The notes below the pieces were generated by a model, which saw nothing but the letters and a program-made list of their open reading frames with translations, made no database searches and was not told where the DNA came from. Shown here one piece after another: positions 29,055-39,061 of a DNA stretch of 64,000 bases (its first letter is position 1; every line of letters begins with the position of its first letter). The position numbers and the translations under genes were made by a program. The stretch is from Gemmatimonadota bacterium (GTDB taxonomy: Bacteria > Gemmatimonadota > Gemmatimonadetes > Gemmatimonadales > GWC2-71-9): the NCBI GenBank assembly GCA_039586365.1, contig JBDHKN010000005.1, positions 64,001 through 128,000 on the forward strand. Direction: 5' to 3'.

Positions 29055-29633
29055 ATGGCAGCAAGGGGTCAATGGATCGCGGTAGGTACCATCGTCACGG
29101 TACTCGCTGCGGCGATCGTGGCAGGCATGGCCTTGTCACCTGACGTGAGGCCAGTGCGGCCGGGTAGCGAAGCACCCGATTTCCAAGCTTTGAATCTGGA
29201 GAATAGCGAGACGGTGAGACTATCTGACCATGAAGGGGAGGTCATCTTGCTGAATCTCTGGGCTACTTGGTGTCCGCCCTGCGAGCGCGAAATGCCGTAC
29301 ATGCAGCACCTGCATGAGACGCTCGGTCCCGCCGGTCTCAAGATCATCGCAGTCAGTCTTGACGCTACTGAGCCCGGCGACGTGCAAGAGTGGGTGCGGG
29401 AACGTAGCCTCACGTTCGACATCTGGCACAACCGTGACGGACACCTCGAGGGCCTCTATCAGACAACTGGATTGCCGGAGAGCTTCGTGATCGATCGCGA
29501 CGGCATAATTGTCAAGAAGGAAATCGGTGCAAGAGAGTGGGACAGCCCGGCTCAAGTAGCGTTCTTTGAGAGGCTTCTTGCGAGAGGCGGTGCCTCTTAC
29601 GAGACAAGTGGACCGAATGCCCGAAATCCATAG
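29055..29633 (+). CDS. TlpA/ResA-family thiol-disulfide oxidoreductase
   Basis: N-terminal TM, then LWATWCPPC and GLPES. Confidence 0.9.
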   Translation: MAARGQWIAVGTIVTVLAAAIVAGMALSPDVRPVRPGSEAPDFQALNLENSETVRLSDHEGEVILLNLWATWCPPCEREMPYMQHLHETLGPAGLKIIAVSLDATEPGDVQEWVRERSLTFDIWHNRDGHLEGLYQTTGLPESFVIDRDGIIVKKEIGAREWDSPAQVAFFERLLARGGASYETSGPNARNP

Positions 29634-30540
29634 GGTACGAGATTGGGTTGTCAAGAACTGGCCCGTCAAACTCACGGCGCTCGTACTGGCCACAGTGCTG
29701 TGGGCGGTGGTGGCCGCACAGGAGACCACTACTCAGCTCGTACCTGTGACACTGGAGGTGCAACCACCGGAAGGACGGGGCTTCACCAGTGAACTGCCGC
29801 AAGTTCAAGCACGGTATGCCGGAACATTGCGGGAGCTGATCAAACTGTACGAATCACCCCCAACGATCCACAAGAACATACCCGACACCATCACAGGAAC
29901 CTCATACATAGTGGAGTTGAGTCCGGACGACCTGGAGACAATCGAAAACGCCAACGTTGTCGCCCAGGAAGTCCAGCCACACGAAATCACCATCACGTTG
30001 GATGACGTTGTACAACGCAGCATCCGGGTGGTTTCGCGCGTGCGCATAGTCCCTGACTCTGCCTATGCCAGGTTCGGTGATATTGCTGTCCTGCCCTCAA
30101 CCATCGTGGCACGGGGACCAGAAGCTCTCGTCAGCGAGATCCGGTCAATCAGCACCATTACGTTAGACACCGGAAACGTGAGATCTCCACTTACACTGAC
30201 AGTGCCACTCGACACCTCTGGTCTCGGCGCGGTCCGAGTCGAACCAGAGAGTGTTCAGGTGACGGCCGAGATCGGGCTTGTCGGCGAGCAGGTCATCATG
30301 GGCGTCGCGGTGTCGCTCCCAGGACCCGAGTGGGAGAGCAGCCCATCCGCAGTGATTGTGACGGTCCGTGGACCGAGTGGACGAGTGATTAACCTAACGC
30401 GTGATAGCGTGCGGGTGGTTGCGCGCCCGAATGAGACAGTGGTCGAGTCTCGTGTGCCGCTGAGGGTCATGCCTCTTCCCGGCATCACGGCTCGGGTCCG
30501 TCCTGACTCAGCGACAGTCAGAAGGCGGGCGGGTGGCTGA
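29617..30540 (+). CDS. YbbR/CdaR-like domain membrane protein
   Basis: NWPVKLTALVLATVLW N-terminal anchor and repeated beta-rich P..V...GP modules. Confidence 0.75.
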   Translation: MPEIHRVRDWVVKNWPVKLTALVLATVLWAVVAAQETTTQLVPVTLEVQPPEGRGFTSELPQVQARYAGTLRELIKLYESPPTIHKNIPDTITGTSYIVELSPDDLETIENANVVAQEVQPHEITITLDDVVQRSIRVVSRVRIVPDSAYARFGDIAVLPSTIVARGPEALVSEIRSISTITLDTGNVRSPLTLTVPLDTSGLGAVRVEPESVQVTAEIGLVGEQVIMGVAVSLPGPEWESSPSAVIVTVRGPSGRVINLTRDSVRVVARPNETVVESRVPLRVMPLPGITARVRPDSATVRRRAGG

Positions 30541-31582
30541 CGTGGTATTGGGGATCGAGACCTCTTGCGATGAGACTTCGGCGGCGGTTCTGGTGCGTGA
30601 GGGCGGGCAACCAGAATTGGCCAGCCTCGTGATACTATCGCAGGATGTTCACAGGATCTTTGGCGGAGTCGTGCCAGAGCTGGCCAGCCGTGCACACCTG
30701 ACGGCACTCGACCCGGTTGTGGCCCGAGCTCTCTCGGAGGCGGGACTGCCAATCGAGGCAGTGGATGCTGTCGCAGTCACCGCCGGTCCAGGGCTGGTTG
30801 GCTCGCTGCTCGTGGGTGTCTGCTACGGCAAGGCATTGGCCGCGGTGAGAGGTAGAGACCTCGTTGGGGTCAACCATCTTGAGGGGCATGTGTTTGCAGC
30901 AACTTTGGACGATCCGTACCTGGAACCCCCTTTTGTAGCCCTCCTTGTCTCAGGAGGTCACACGCTGTTGCTGGATGTCTCTGAGTGGGGTCACTATCGG
31001 CTGCTTGGTGAGACACGTGACGATGCGGCTGGAGAGGCCTTTGATAAGGTCGCCAGTATGCTGCAGCTTGGCTATCCCGGAGGTCCTGAGATCGAACGAC
31101 TAGCCCGATACGGCGCAGACCGGTTCAACTTTCCCCGACCGATGTTGACCGCCGGGTTTGATTTCTCGTTCAGCGGATTGAAGACAGCCGTTCTCTACTG
31201 CGTACGCGCGTCACAGAACCTCGCTGGAGAGAAGGCAGATATTGCCGCTTCCTTCCAGGCCGCTGTGTTCGATGTCCTCATTGCCAAAGCGACTGCAGCA
31301 ATCGAACACACAGGGTACACAACTGTAGTGCTTGCAGGTGGCGTAGCGTGCAGCAGGTCCCTAATGACGTGCGCAGCCCAGCGTCTGTCAGGTGTCGCCC
31401 GTGTCGCCGTGGCGCAGCCCCGCCTGAACGCCGACAACGCCGCGATGATTGCCCGGGCTGGATGGTTCCACCTCGAACAGGGACGCAGCACCGATCTCTT
31501 CCTCGATGCGAACGCCCGTATGCCGTGGCCCGGACTCGAACGCCCAACCACATCAAGAACGTCACTGAGGCCCACGCGATGA
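30533..31582 (+). CDS. tsaD: tRNA N6-threonylcarbamoyltransferase
   Basis: LGIETSCDET, GGVVPELASRAH, HLEGH, DDAAGEAFDK and DNAAMI. Confidence 0.97.
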   Translation: MADVVLGIETSCDETSAAVLVREGGQPELASLVILSQDVHRIFGGVVPELASRAHLTALDPVVARALSEAGLPIEAVDAVAVTAGPGLVGSLLVGVCYGKALAAVRGRDLVGVNHLEGHVFAATLDDPYLEPPFVALLVSGGHTLLLDVSEWGHYRLLGETRDDAAGEAFDKVASMLQLGYPGGPEIERLARYGADRFNFPRPMLTAGFDFSFSGLKTAVLYCVRASQNLAGEKADIAASFQAAVFDVLIAKATAAIEHTGYTTVVLAGGVACSRSLMTCAAQRLSGVARVAVAQPRLNADNAAMIARAGWFHLEQGRSTDLFLDANARMPWPGLERPTTSRTSLRPTR

Positions 31583-32439
31583 CAGTTTACCCGCTGATCA
31601 TCCATGTGGGGCCACTCATGGTCACTGGTTTCGGGATCATGATGATGGTCGCGTTTCTCATGGCCGGTTGGGCCATCCAGCTAAGGCTGCGCGGGATGAG
31701 CCTGAGCATCGCGTACGCCGAACACATCGTAGTGGCTGCAGTCATCGGAGGGATACTCGGTTCCAAGCTGTGGTACGTGATCCTGCACCAGGACTACAGC
31801 CAGTTCTTCTCTCGCGGCGGCCTTGTTTGGTACGGGGGATTCGTGGGAGGGACGGCTGCGGTGCTGCTTAACGGCTGGCGTGAGCGGGTGCCCGCCAGAT
31901 TCACGCTTGAGATCAGTGCAGCTGCCCTGCCACTGGGACATGGACTGGGCCGTGTAGGATGCTTCCTGGTGCAGGACGACTATGGCATCCCCACCTCGCT
32001 CCCGTGGGGTATGCGGTTTCCGCAGGGTTATCCTCCCTCGACAGCCCAGAACATGCGGGCCTGGAACATCGATGTACCCGCAGACGCTCTCCCGACAGAC
32101 GTGTTGGCAGTACATCCCACGCAGTTGTATGAAGTGGCAGCTTTGCTGTTCATATTCTGGCTCATTTGGCGGCTACGCAACCACAATCGCGGAACGGGTT
32201 GGCTGTTCTCTGTCTACCTGATTTGCGCTGGGATTGAACGATTTTTGGTCGAGTTTATTCGCGCAAAAGACGATCGAATGCTGGGCATGTTCACGCTCGC
32301 CCAAGCAACCAGCCTTGTGGTGTTGGCACTAGGGATTATCCTGATGGGTGCATGGTGGAAGAAGGACAGATCCCAGTTACCAACCGAAGCAGCCATACTG
32401 AACGAGCCCAAGGTCAAGCAGAGCCATAGTCGCGCCTGA
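31579..32439 (+). CDS. lgt: Prolipoprotein diacylglyceryl transferase
   Basis: GGLVWYGG, GRVGCF, HPTQLYE and RFLVEF. Confidence 0.92.
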   Translation: MTVYPLIIHVGPLMVTGFGIMMMVAFLMAGWAIQLRLRGMSLSIAYAEHIVVAAVIGGILGSKLWYVILHQDYSQFFSRGGLVWYGGFVGGTAAVLLNGWRERVPARFTLEISAAALPLGHGLGRVGCFLVQDDYGIPTSLPWGMRFPQGYPPSTAQNMRAWNIDVPADALPTDVLAVHPTQLYEVAALLFIFWLIWRLRNHNRGTGWLFSVYLICAGIERFLVEFIRAKDDRMLGMFTLAQATSLVVLALGIILMGAWWKKDRSQLPTEAAILNEPKVKQSHSRA

Positions 32440-33274
32440 AGGCGTCTTTCATCTCCTGAGCAGACTGCCAGCGATCTTTTGGCAACTTCTCTAACGCCCG
32501 AGATACCACACGCACTAATGAATCTGGTGCGTCCGGCCGGAGCCTCCGCAGATCAGGTGGCACCTGTTCGTGGTGCATTGAAAGCACCATCTCTTCGCGT
32601 GATGACATGAACGGCGGACGTCCAGCCAAACATTCAAACAATACACAGCCCAGCGAATAGAAATCACTCCGATGGTCGATGTCGTCTTCTCCGGCAACCT
32701 GTTCTGGACTCATATACGTCGATGTCCCGACGGCAAATCCCGAGCGGGTGAGTCTGTCTTGTCCCGACTGAGCTATCGCTCGAGCAATCCCGAAGTCCAT
32801 CAGTACCGGGCCGCCGGCAGCAAGAACCACATTGTCAGGCTTGACATCGCGGTGCACGATTCCGAGTTCGTGCGCATAGCTCAACGCGGAGAGCAGGTCT
32901 TCGGCGATGCGCAGCGTGTCCCTCACTGAAGTCTGTTTTACCCGTTGCAGATGCTCCCTCAACGTCGGTCCCTCTACGTAGGACATGACGTAGTAGACCA
33001 GCCAATCATTCTCGCCGTAGTCGAGCAACTTCGAAATGTTGGGATGGTCAATTTTGGAGAGGAATGAGATTTCGCGCAGAAATCGGTCTGCCGTGACACT
33101 CACCGCCAACTCTGGATGCAGGATCTTGAGGGCTACTCTGCTACCGTGACTGTCCAGAGCCAAGAAAACGCGTGCAGCGCCGCCACGAGCGATCTCGCGT
33201 TCGACCTGGTAACGTTCCTTCAATGCCTCTCTTACTAAAGGAAGCAAGTCTCGTTTGATACTCACGTCCTCCAC
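32414..33274 (-). CDS. Hanks-type Ser/Thr protein kinase (kinase domain only)
   Basis: ARGGAARV, VALK, HRDVKPDN, DFGIA and YMSPEQ. Confidence 0.93.
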   Translation of the reverse strand: MEDVSIKRDLLPLVREALKERYQVEREIARGGAARVFLALDSHGSRVALKILHPELAVSVTADRFLREISFLSKIDHPNISKLLDYGENDWLVYYVMSYVEGPTLREHLQRVKQTSVRDTLRIAEDLLSALSYAHELGIVHRDVKPDNVVLAAGGPVLMDFGIARAIAQSGQDRLTRSGFAVGTSTYMSPEQVAGEDDIDHRSDFYSLGCVLFECLAGRPPFMSSREEMVLSMHHEQVPPDLRRLRPDAPDSLVRVVSRALEKLPKDRWQSAQEMKDAFRRDYGSA

Positions 33275-33354
33275 CCATGTTCAACGCCAAAGGTCGCCTA
33301 CCGGATGGCCAGTCGCAACCAGCCAGTGAATACCACCTAGCCAGGCCAGATCGC

Positions 33355-34935
33355 CTAGGGTTGGCCTCGCGTCAACACCCTACCGCCCATCTCGGCCGTG
33401 AATTCGCCACCATCAACGGCGATACGACCATTCACCAGCACGAATTCCATGCCCTCACTCAACTGATGCGGGCTTTCGTAGGTCGCTTTGTCGCCGATTC
33501 GTTCCAGATCAAAAACAACAATATCGGCAACGGCTCCGGACATGATAACACCGCGGTGCGGTATTCTCATTACGTTGGCCGATAGGGATGTCATACTCCG
33601 TATCGCAGTCTCAAGGCTGATTGTGGCATCATCGAGCACGTATTTGCGAATCTTCCGGGGAAAGGTGCCGTACCAGCGGGGGTGCGGGACCCCCTCGCCC
33701 ATTCTAGTGATGTCTCCATCCGATGATGTCATGGTCCATGTCTGCTGCATGAAGGTTGCTACGTCTGCATAGTGCATGTTGAAGGAAACCACGCCGGCCC
33801 CGCCGGCCCGAAGAAGCTCCATGGCGAGATCTGCCGGTTGCATCCCCCGCTCATCGGCAACTACCTGCAGAGCCCGTCCCTCGATCGTCGGATCGGCTTC
33901 ATGCCGCTGGAACTGTAACCTGCCAGCCCCACCGCGGCGGTCGAGGTTCTCCACAATCGCCGCTCTAATCCGCGCCCGCGTCTCCACCGAGTCCAACCTG
34001 GCCAGTAGAGCTCGCTGCCCCCCAACTTGCGCCCACCGTGGTATCAATGCACCGGTGATGCTCGTGCCCGAGGCGTCGTACGGATACTGGTCAGCGAAGA
34101 CCTCGACTCCCTGAGCACGGGCACGTTCAATCCTTTGCACTATCGCTGTGGAAAACCCCCAGACGCGTGGTCCGAGAGCTTTGATGTGCGTTACAATCCC
34201 AGGCAAACGCGCTTCGCGCGCAATGCGGATGACCTCTTCGACAGCTGCGATGACCCCGATGTTGTAGTCGGCTTCGTCGCGGATGTGACTCTGATAGACC
34301 CCGTCGAATTCGGCCACGACCTTGGCAAGCTCAATCACTTCCTCCGTTGTGGCATAGCTGCCAGGAGCGTAGTAGAGGCCAGATGACAGTCCGAAAGCTC
34401 CCGCTGCCATGCCTCGTCTCACGATGCTCCGCATGCGATCGAGTTCGTCATTGGTCGGGTCCCTGTCATCCATCTCCAGAACCACTCCACGCACCGAACC
34501 CTGTGGAACAAGTTGTGCCACGTTGACTCCGAGTCCATGCTCCATTAGCCGGTGGCGTTGGCCCTCGATGTCAGTGGGCCCACCTCCATCAGGATTGATG
34601 ACCACAGTGGTGATCCCTTGTGCCAAGAGCGGGCGCGTATGACTCAGTTCGGCGGTGGCGAGACCTGTCCCAGCGTGAGTGTGAACGTCGATGAAGCCCG
34701 GTGCCACGTAGAATCCGGCGGCATCGATGATCCGATTGGCAGTTGCGGCCTTAAGAGTCCCCACTGCAACAATCCGGTCTCCGGCAACGGCCACATCAGC
34801 GTACCGCCATGGATTGCCCATGCCATCCAACACGCGGCCTCCACGGATGATTAGATCGTACTGTGCCTGGGCGGCAGTTGCACCACACAACATCGTGATA
34901 CAACAGAGCCCGGCGCGCAGTGGCCTCAATCGCAT
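33355..34935 (-). CDS. N-acyl-D-amino-acid deacylase-like amidohydrolase, exported
   Basis: Signal peptide ending AQA, then APGFIDVHTH, HIRDE and HPRWYGTFPR. Confidence 0.88.
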   Translation of the reverse strand: MRLRPLRAGLCCITMLCGATAAQAQYDLIIRGGRVLDGMGNPWRYADVAVAGDRIVAVGTLKAATANRIIDAAGFYVAPGFIDVHTHAGTGLATAELSHTRPLLAQGITTVVINPDGGGPTDIEGQRHRLMEHGLGVNVAQLVPQGSVRGVVLEMDDRDPTNDELDRMRSIVRRGMAAGAFGLSSGLYYAPGSYATTEEVIELAKVVAEFDGVYQSHIRDEADYNIGVIAAVEEVIRIAREARLPGIVTHIKALGPRVWGFSTAIVQRIERARAQGVEVFADQYPYDASGTSITGALIPRWAQVGGQRALLARLDSVETRARIRAAIVENLDRRGGAGRLQFQRHEADPTIEGRALQVVADERGMQPADLAMELLRAGGAGVVSFNMHYADVATFMQQTWTMTSSDGDITRMGEGVPHPRWYGTFPRKIRKYVLDDATISLETAIRSMTSLSANVMRIPHRGVIMSGAVADIVVFDLERIGDKATYESPHQLSEGMEFVLVNGRIAVDGGEFTAEMGGRVLTRGQP

Positions 34936-35065
34936 GGGTCCCCCTTGGAACCAGGTGGATCGAGCAACACAAGTCACACGAGTAAAGCCGGCACGCCCGA
35001 GAGACCGATTGATCCTTGGCCCCTCAGTGACGTCGCTGCTTTCATCGACTATGCGGTCCTCAGTG

Positions 35066-35452
35066 CTACGCGTTTAGCAGAATCACGACAGCAGCGGCCT
35101 GTGTGTCAGAGTGAGTTAGCGAAACCAAGCATTGCGTGATGCCGAGCTCAGCTGCACTTGCCCGAGCCCGGTCGTACAACTGTAGGCCGGGCCGCCCACG
35201 TGAGTCGCGCACCACCTCAACGTGAGACCACCAAACGACTCGATCGGAGCCGCCCTGCGAAAGCGCCTTGTACGTTGCTTCCTTTGCGGCAATCCTTGCC
35301 GCCACGTGCCGGGCCGGAACTGCCTTCGCCTGGCAATAGGACCGTTCGTCCTCAGTGAGAAGTCTTCTGAGGATACGGTCGCCATGCCGCGCCAGCATAC
35401 GCTCGACTCGGCTGACGTCAACAAAGTCGAGTCCCACGGCCACTACAGTCAT
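35066..35452 (-). CDS. acpS: Holo-ACP synthase
   Basis: GLDFV, AAKEA.YKAL, GRP and SLTH. Confidence 0.94.
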   Translation of the reverse strand: MTVVAVGLDFVDVSRVERMLARHGDRILRRLLTEDERSYCQAKAVPARHVAARIAAKEATYKALSQGGSDRVVWWSHVEVVRDSRGRPGLQLYDRARASAAELGITQCLVSLTHSDTQAAAVVILLNA

Positions 35453-36192
35453 CGATCGAAGACTGCCGACCACGCTGATTGCAGCCAGTTCGGTACGTCA
35501 ACGTATCCCCCCAAGATCAAACCCAGCCAGATGGTCGGGAGCAGTACGAGCGCGCCAACGAGCCCCACCGGCCACAGGGATCTTCTCCAACCAGCCACCC
35601 GATCCGCCACCCCTTTCCAGCGGTACTCCTCCCGCTGTACTCCCTGCTCCAGCGCTAACCAGGCGGCCTCCAATTGTCGGGCAGCAATCTTCAAGCTCTC
35701 CTGCCACGCTTCCACTGCCCCTCGGTTCAGAGCCGTTGCATCGAGAACATTAGTGGCCCGTTCCTCCAGCTCATCGAGTGTGGGCACCAGATCGGAACCT
35801 GCCGAACCCAGTCTCGCAGCGAGCGCCCGACGGTCTGCAGCGCCAATGCCGAGTTCCCCCCGCTTCCCCCGACTCATACCGACTGCGACTGCCTCGGCCT
35901 CCAGCTGCTCAGCGATCCGACTCAACACCAGATCTGCCACGCTCGAAACCGCCTCCTCCCACGCCTCCTGCCAAGCTGCTCGCCCGATCGCCGCTAGCGC
36001 GGCCGCTCGTTCTCCATTGACCGACAGGCGGCGTGCTTCACCAGCGTTACTGATGATGCGAGTCGCGAGTCGGTAGCGAGCGCTGTCCAGAGGTAACCAG
36101 CCAGACGGGCGCGGAGTCCCGGTCACCAACTTGCCAAGCGACGGCCCCAACTCGGGTATGCGCAGTGGAAGCAGCAACTTGGGATTGCTCAC
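35449..36192 (-). CDS. Hypothetical helical protein with C-terminal TM segment
   Basis: Overlaps both neighbours by 4 nt. Ala/Glu-rich helices and a hydrophobic C-terminus. Confidence 0.7.
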   Translation of the reverse strand: MSNPKLLLPLRIPELGPSLGKLVTGTPRPSGWLPLDSARYRLATRIISNAGEARRLSVNGERAAALAAIGRAAWQEAWEEAVSSVADLVLSRIAEQLEAEAVAVGMSRGKRGELGIGAADRRALAARLGSAGSDLVPTLDELEERATNVLDATALNRGAVEAWQESLKIAARQLEAAWLALEQGVQREEYRWKGVADRVAGWRRSLWPVGLVGALVLLPTIWLGLILGGYVDVPNWLQSAWSAVFDR

Positions 36193-36890
36193 CGGTATAT
36201 GGCCTCTATGACCCGTGCCGTATTCGAGAGATCTCTAAACAGAGCGTAGGGTCCAGCTGCTGCAAGCTGGTCGATATCGTAGGGACCGGTCGCGACAGCG
36301 ATCGCCCGTGCTTGGATCCCCCGGCCGCAAGTCACGTCGGCCGGAGTGTCACCGATTATCACCACATTGTCGCCTTGGGGGACCCATCCCATTAGTGGCG
36401 CTGCACGTTCGGCAGCAATGGCGGGGAGATCAGCCCGATCCGAGGCGTCCGACCCGAAGGCACCAACCCGGAATTGCTTCACATCGATACCCACGGCTTC
36501 GAGCTTGAGCGCTGCGCCTTCCTCAAGATTGCCCGTCAGCAAACCAACAACCGTGTCTGCCCGCGCGGTGAGCACCGCCAGCAATTCCTCCACGCCGACG
36601 TACACCCTCAAGTCCCGGCTAGGGGCCGCCAGCTCTGAGCGGAGCAGTTCCTCATACCGCCTGCACACCCGCGCAACGTGGCTGTCGCTGTCAGCGTGCG
36701 GGTGGCCTGCTGCCATCAAGAGGTCGCGTACTATCTGGGGATCAGTCTTCCCCGCAAAGGAGTAGCTCTCGATTGGACCTGCAGTTCCCATCTCGTCAAT
36801 GAGCGCCTCACGAATTGCTCTTCTTCCCGCTCCGTTTGTCCACAGGATCGTGCCGTCGAGATCAAACAATACCAGCTTCTCAATACGCAT
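36189..36890 (-). CDS. HAD-superfamily hydrolase
   Basis: FDLDGT, LTGN and IGDTPAD. Confidence 0.9.
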   Translation of the reverse strand: MRIEKLVLFDLDGTILWTNGAGRRAIREALIDEMGTAGPIESYSFAGKTDPQIVRDLLMAAGHPHADSDSHVARVCRRYEELLRSELAAPSRDLRVYVGVEELLAVLTARADTVVGLLTGNLEEGAALKLEAVGIDVKQFRVGAFGSDASDRADLPAIAAERAAPLMGWVPQGDNVVIIGDTPADVTCGRGIQARAIAVATGPYDIDQLAAAGPYALFRDLSNTARVIEAIYR

Positions 36891-36914
36891 ATTGCACTAT
36901 TCGTTAACTGGTCA

Positions 36915-37895
36915 CTAGGTGAGCGACCGATCTGCGCGATGGGTAGGTCCAGCAAGCCCTGGAATTGCCTCGGTGCCAACCGCCAGGGTGACGGCCCGCT
37001 CCACCGCAACGGCTGTCGCATTTTGAGCCAACAATTCTACGGATACAGGCGACTCCAGCGGCACTTCGCCAGTGGATACCGCAAACACTAGATCACCATC
37101 ATACATTGTCCCTACAGGCGTTATGCGCTGCGCCAAAGAGTCGGTCGCCATCTCGGCGAGACACCCCAACTCCAACTGGTTCATGGCTACGTTGGTGGCG
37201 ACCACTACCAGCGTCGTATTGACTCCTTCGGTGACGAAAGAACCGCCGGGTTTGCCGCCGTCCGCCAGATACACTCTGGAGTCGAGAAAGCCCTCGTCAC
37301 TGCGGGCTCCCGCCAAGATCACTCCGTCGCAATCGCGCACGTCACCGAACGCGTTGACTACGGCCAGGCTGCCAACCAATACGTCATCCCGGCATTCGGA
37401 CCACGTCCCGACCCCGCCCTTCATCGCTCGGGAAATGCCGAGGACCTTGCCGACCGTGGCGCCTGTACCAGCCCCGACCGATCCCTCGGCGACAGCGGTG
37501 CCAGCAGCTTCGCAGGCTCGATACCCATCTGCGGGGGCGGGCCAGCCCAGCTTGCCGAAGGCCAGGTCGAAGATCACCGCGCTGGGCACAATCGGCACGA
37601 CGCTAACGCCAGCATCGAACCCACGGCCACGCTCCGCGAGCCATCGCATGACTCCGTCTGCCGCACCCAGCCCGAAAGCTGAGCCACCTGTGAGGAGGAT
37701 GCCGTGGACTCCTGCAACAAGATGCGTGGGTGAAAGGGCGTCAAGTTCACGGGTTCCAGTTGCTCGCCCCCGAATGTGCACAGCTGCTCGCATGCCGTTC
37801 GCCGGACCCAGGACTACCGTGCAGCCCGTACCCGATTTGCCGTCCGTGAAATGTCCCACGAGAATGCTAGCTACATCCGTGATTCGCTGTGGCAT
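36915..37895 (-). CDS. P1/DmpA (S58) family peptidase
   Basis: ITDV..VGH, GTRE, GGSAFGL, NTTL and DGD. Confidence 0.88.
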   Translation of the reverse strand: MPQRITDVASILVGHFTDGKSGTGCTVVLGPANGMRAAVHIRGRATGTRELDALSPTHLVAGVHGILLTGGSAFGLGAADGVMRWLAERGRGFDAGVSVVPIVPSAVIFDLAFGKLGWPAPADGYRACEAAGTAVAEGSVGAGTGATVGKVLGISRAMKGGVGTWSECRDDVLVGSLAVVNAFGDVRDCDGVILAGARSDEGFLDSRVYLADGGKPGGSFVTEGVNTTLVVVATNVAMNQLELGCLAEMATDSLAQRITPVGTMYDGDLVFAVSTGEVPLESPVSVELLAQNATAVAVERAVTLAVGTEAIPGLAGPTHRADRSLT

Positions 37896-37933
37896 GATCC
37901 TGTGCGGATGGACCGCTGAGTGTGCAGGACGGA

Positions 37934-38131
37934 CTACTGGTTAACCTGCTCACCCTTGGCCGTGTCGGATGCACCCGGTGCCTTCGCCTCACATTGCCGG
38001 CACAGCGTCACGCCACGGATTGAACACACTAGACAGATGAAGGTACCACAGCCGCTGCATGGGTATCCCTCAGAAGCACGCTCTTCGTTGCCACAGGCAC
38101 GACATATCATGCCATCGTGTTCCTGGCCCAT
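37934..38131 (-). CDS. Small Cys-rich (4x CxxC) putative zinc-binding protein
   Basis: GAGGAGG RBS 5 nt before ATG 38131. Contains CRAC, CSGC, CLVC and CRQC. Confidence 0.75.
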   Translation of the reverse strand: MGQEHDGMICRACGNEERASEGYPCSGCGTFICLVCSIRGVTLCRQCEAKAPGASDTAKGEQVNQ

Positions 38132-38167
38132 AGGCACCTCCTCAGAACGTAGACAATGGCTCGAGCA

Positions 38168-39061
38168 TCAACCGTGCACAGGGAGGATGACGCTGATTCC
38201 ACCCTTGATCACTTCCGCAGTGAACGGCGTCATCCCAGCCGGTTCCCCATCGAGTTCAACTGGTCGCGGCATGTCGCTCTCGACCGACACTCGCAAGCCA
38301 CGGATGTGTTTCACCCGACCGTTGTCTCCCGTCTGCCCGGTAGCGAGCTGCCATAACACCGCGGCACTCTCTATCATCCCAGTTGCGTTCAGGACGACGA
38401 CATCCAATAGGCCGTCATCCGGCAGGATTCCAGGACGCAGACGGAGAAACGGTGGGATGATCTCGCCACAGTTGGCGACAATGACGGACGCCGCCTCAAC
38501 TTCGAACTTGGCTTCGTCTACAGCTATTCGATACTTCACGGTCTCATTCGCCGCCATCACCCCCCACGCCGTAGCGACATACGCCCCCATCCCCCAACGA
38601 CGCTTAGCTTCTCCAGTGGTAGCGGCCATCAGTTCGGCGTCGAATCCGGCACCGCAAGCCACCGTGAAGTGTCGAACACCGCCGCTGCCAGTGAGCCGAC
38701 CCAAATCAATGCATCTTGGAGCCCCTTTGACTATCACACGCGCCGCTTGAGTGGGATTGCGCGGCAGCCGCAAGTTACCTGCGAGTAAGTTTCCTGTTCC
38801 GCCGGGGATCAGTCCAATCGGTATCTGACTACCTACCCTGCCGGCTACGGCGTTCACCGTGCCGTCACCCCCATAGACAGCAATAACGTCGACTCCGGCA
38901 GAAACACCTCTATCCGCGATCTCAGCTGCGTGATCGGGATGCTCAGTTCCCGGTGCCTCAACCGACCAGCCCGCTCCTTCGAAGACGTTACAGATAGACC
39001 GCACGATGCTGGATTCCGTACGGGCAGCTTCAGGATTGTGAATCAGCAATACCCTAGGCAT
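38168..39061 (-). CDS. Diacylglycerol/lipid kinase family (YegS/DgkB)
   Basis: HNP, GGDGT, PGGTGN, GAGFDA and DGE. TGATG overlap with tamB. Confidence 0.92.
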   Translation of the reverse strand: MPRVLLIHNPEAARTESSIVRSICNVFEGAGWSVEAPGTEHPDHAAEIADRGVSAGVDVIAVYGGDGTVNAVAGRVGSQIPIGLIPGGTGNLLAGNLRLPRNPTQAARVIVKGAPRCIDLGRLTGSGGVRHFTVACGAGFDAELMAATTGEAKRRWGMGAYVATAWGVMAANETVKYRIAVDEAKFEVEAASVIVANCGEIIPPFLRLRPGILPDDGLLDVVVLNATGMIESAAVLWQLATGQTGDNGRVKHIRGLRVSVESDMPRPVELDGEPAGMTPFTAEVIKGGISVILPVHG

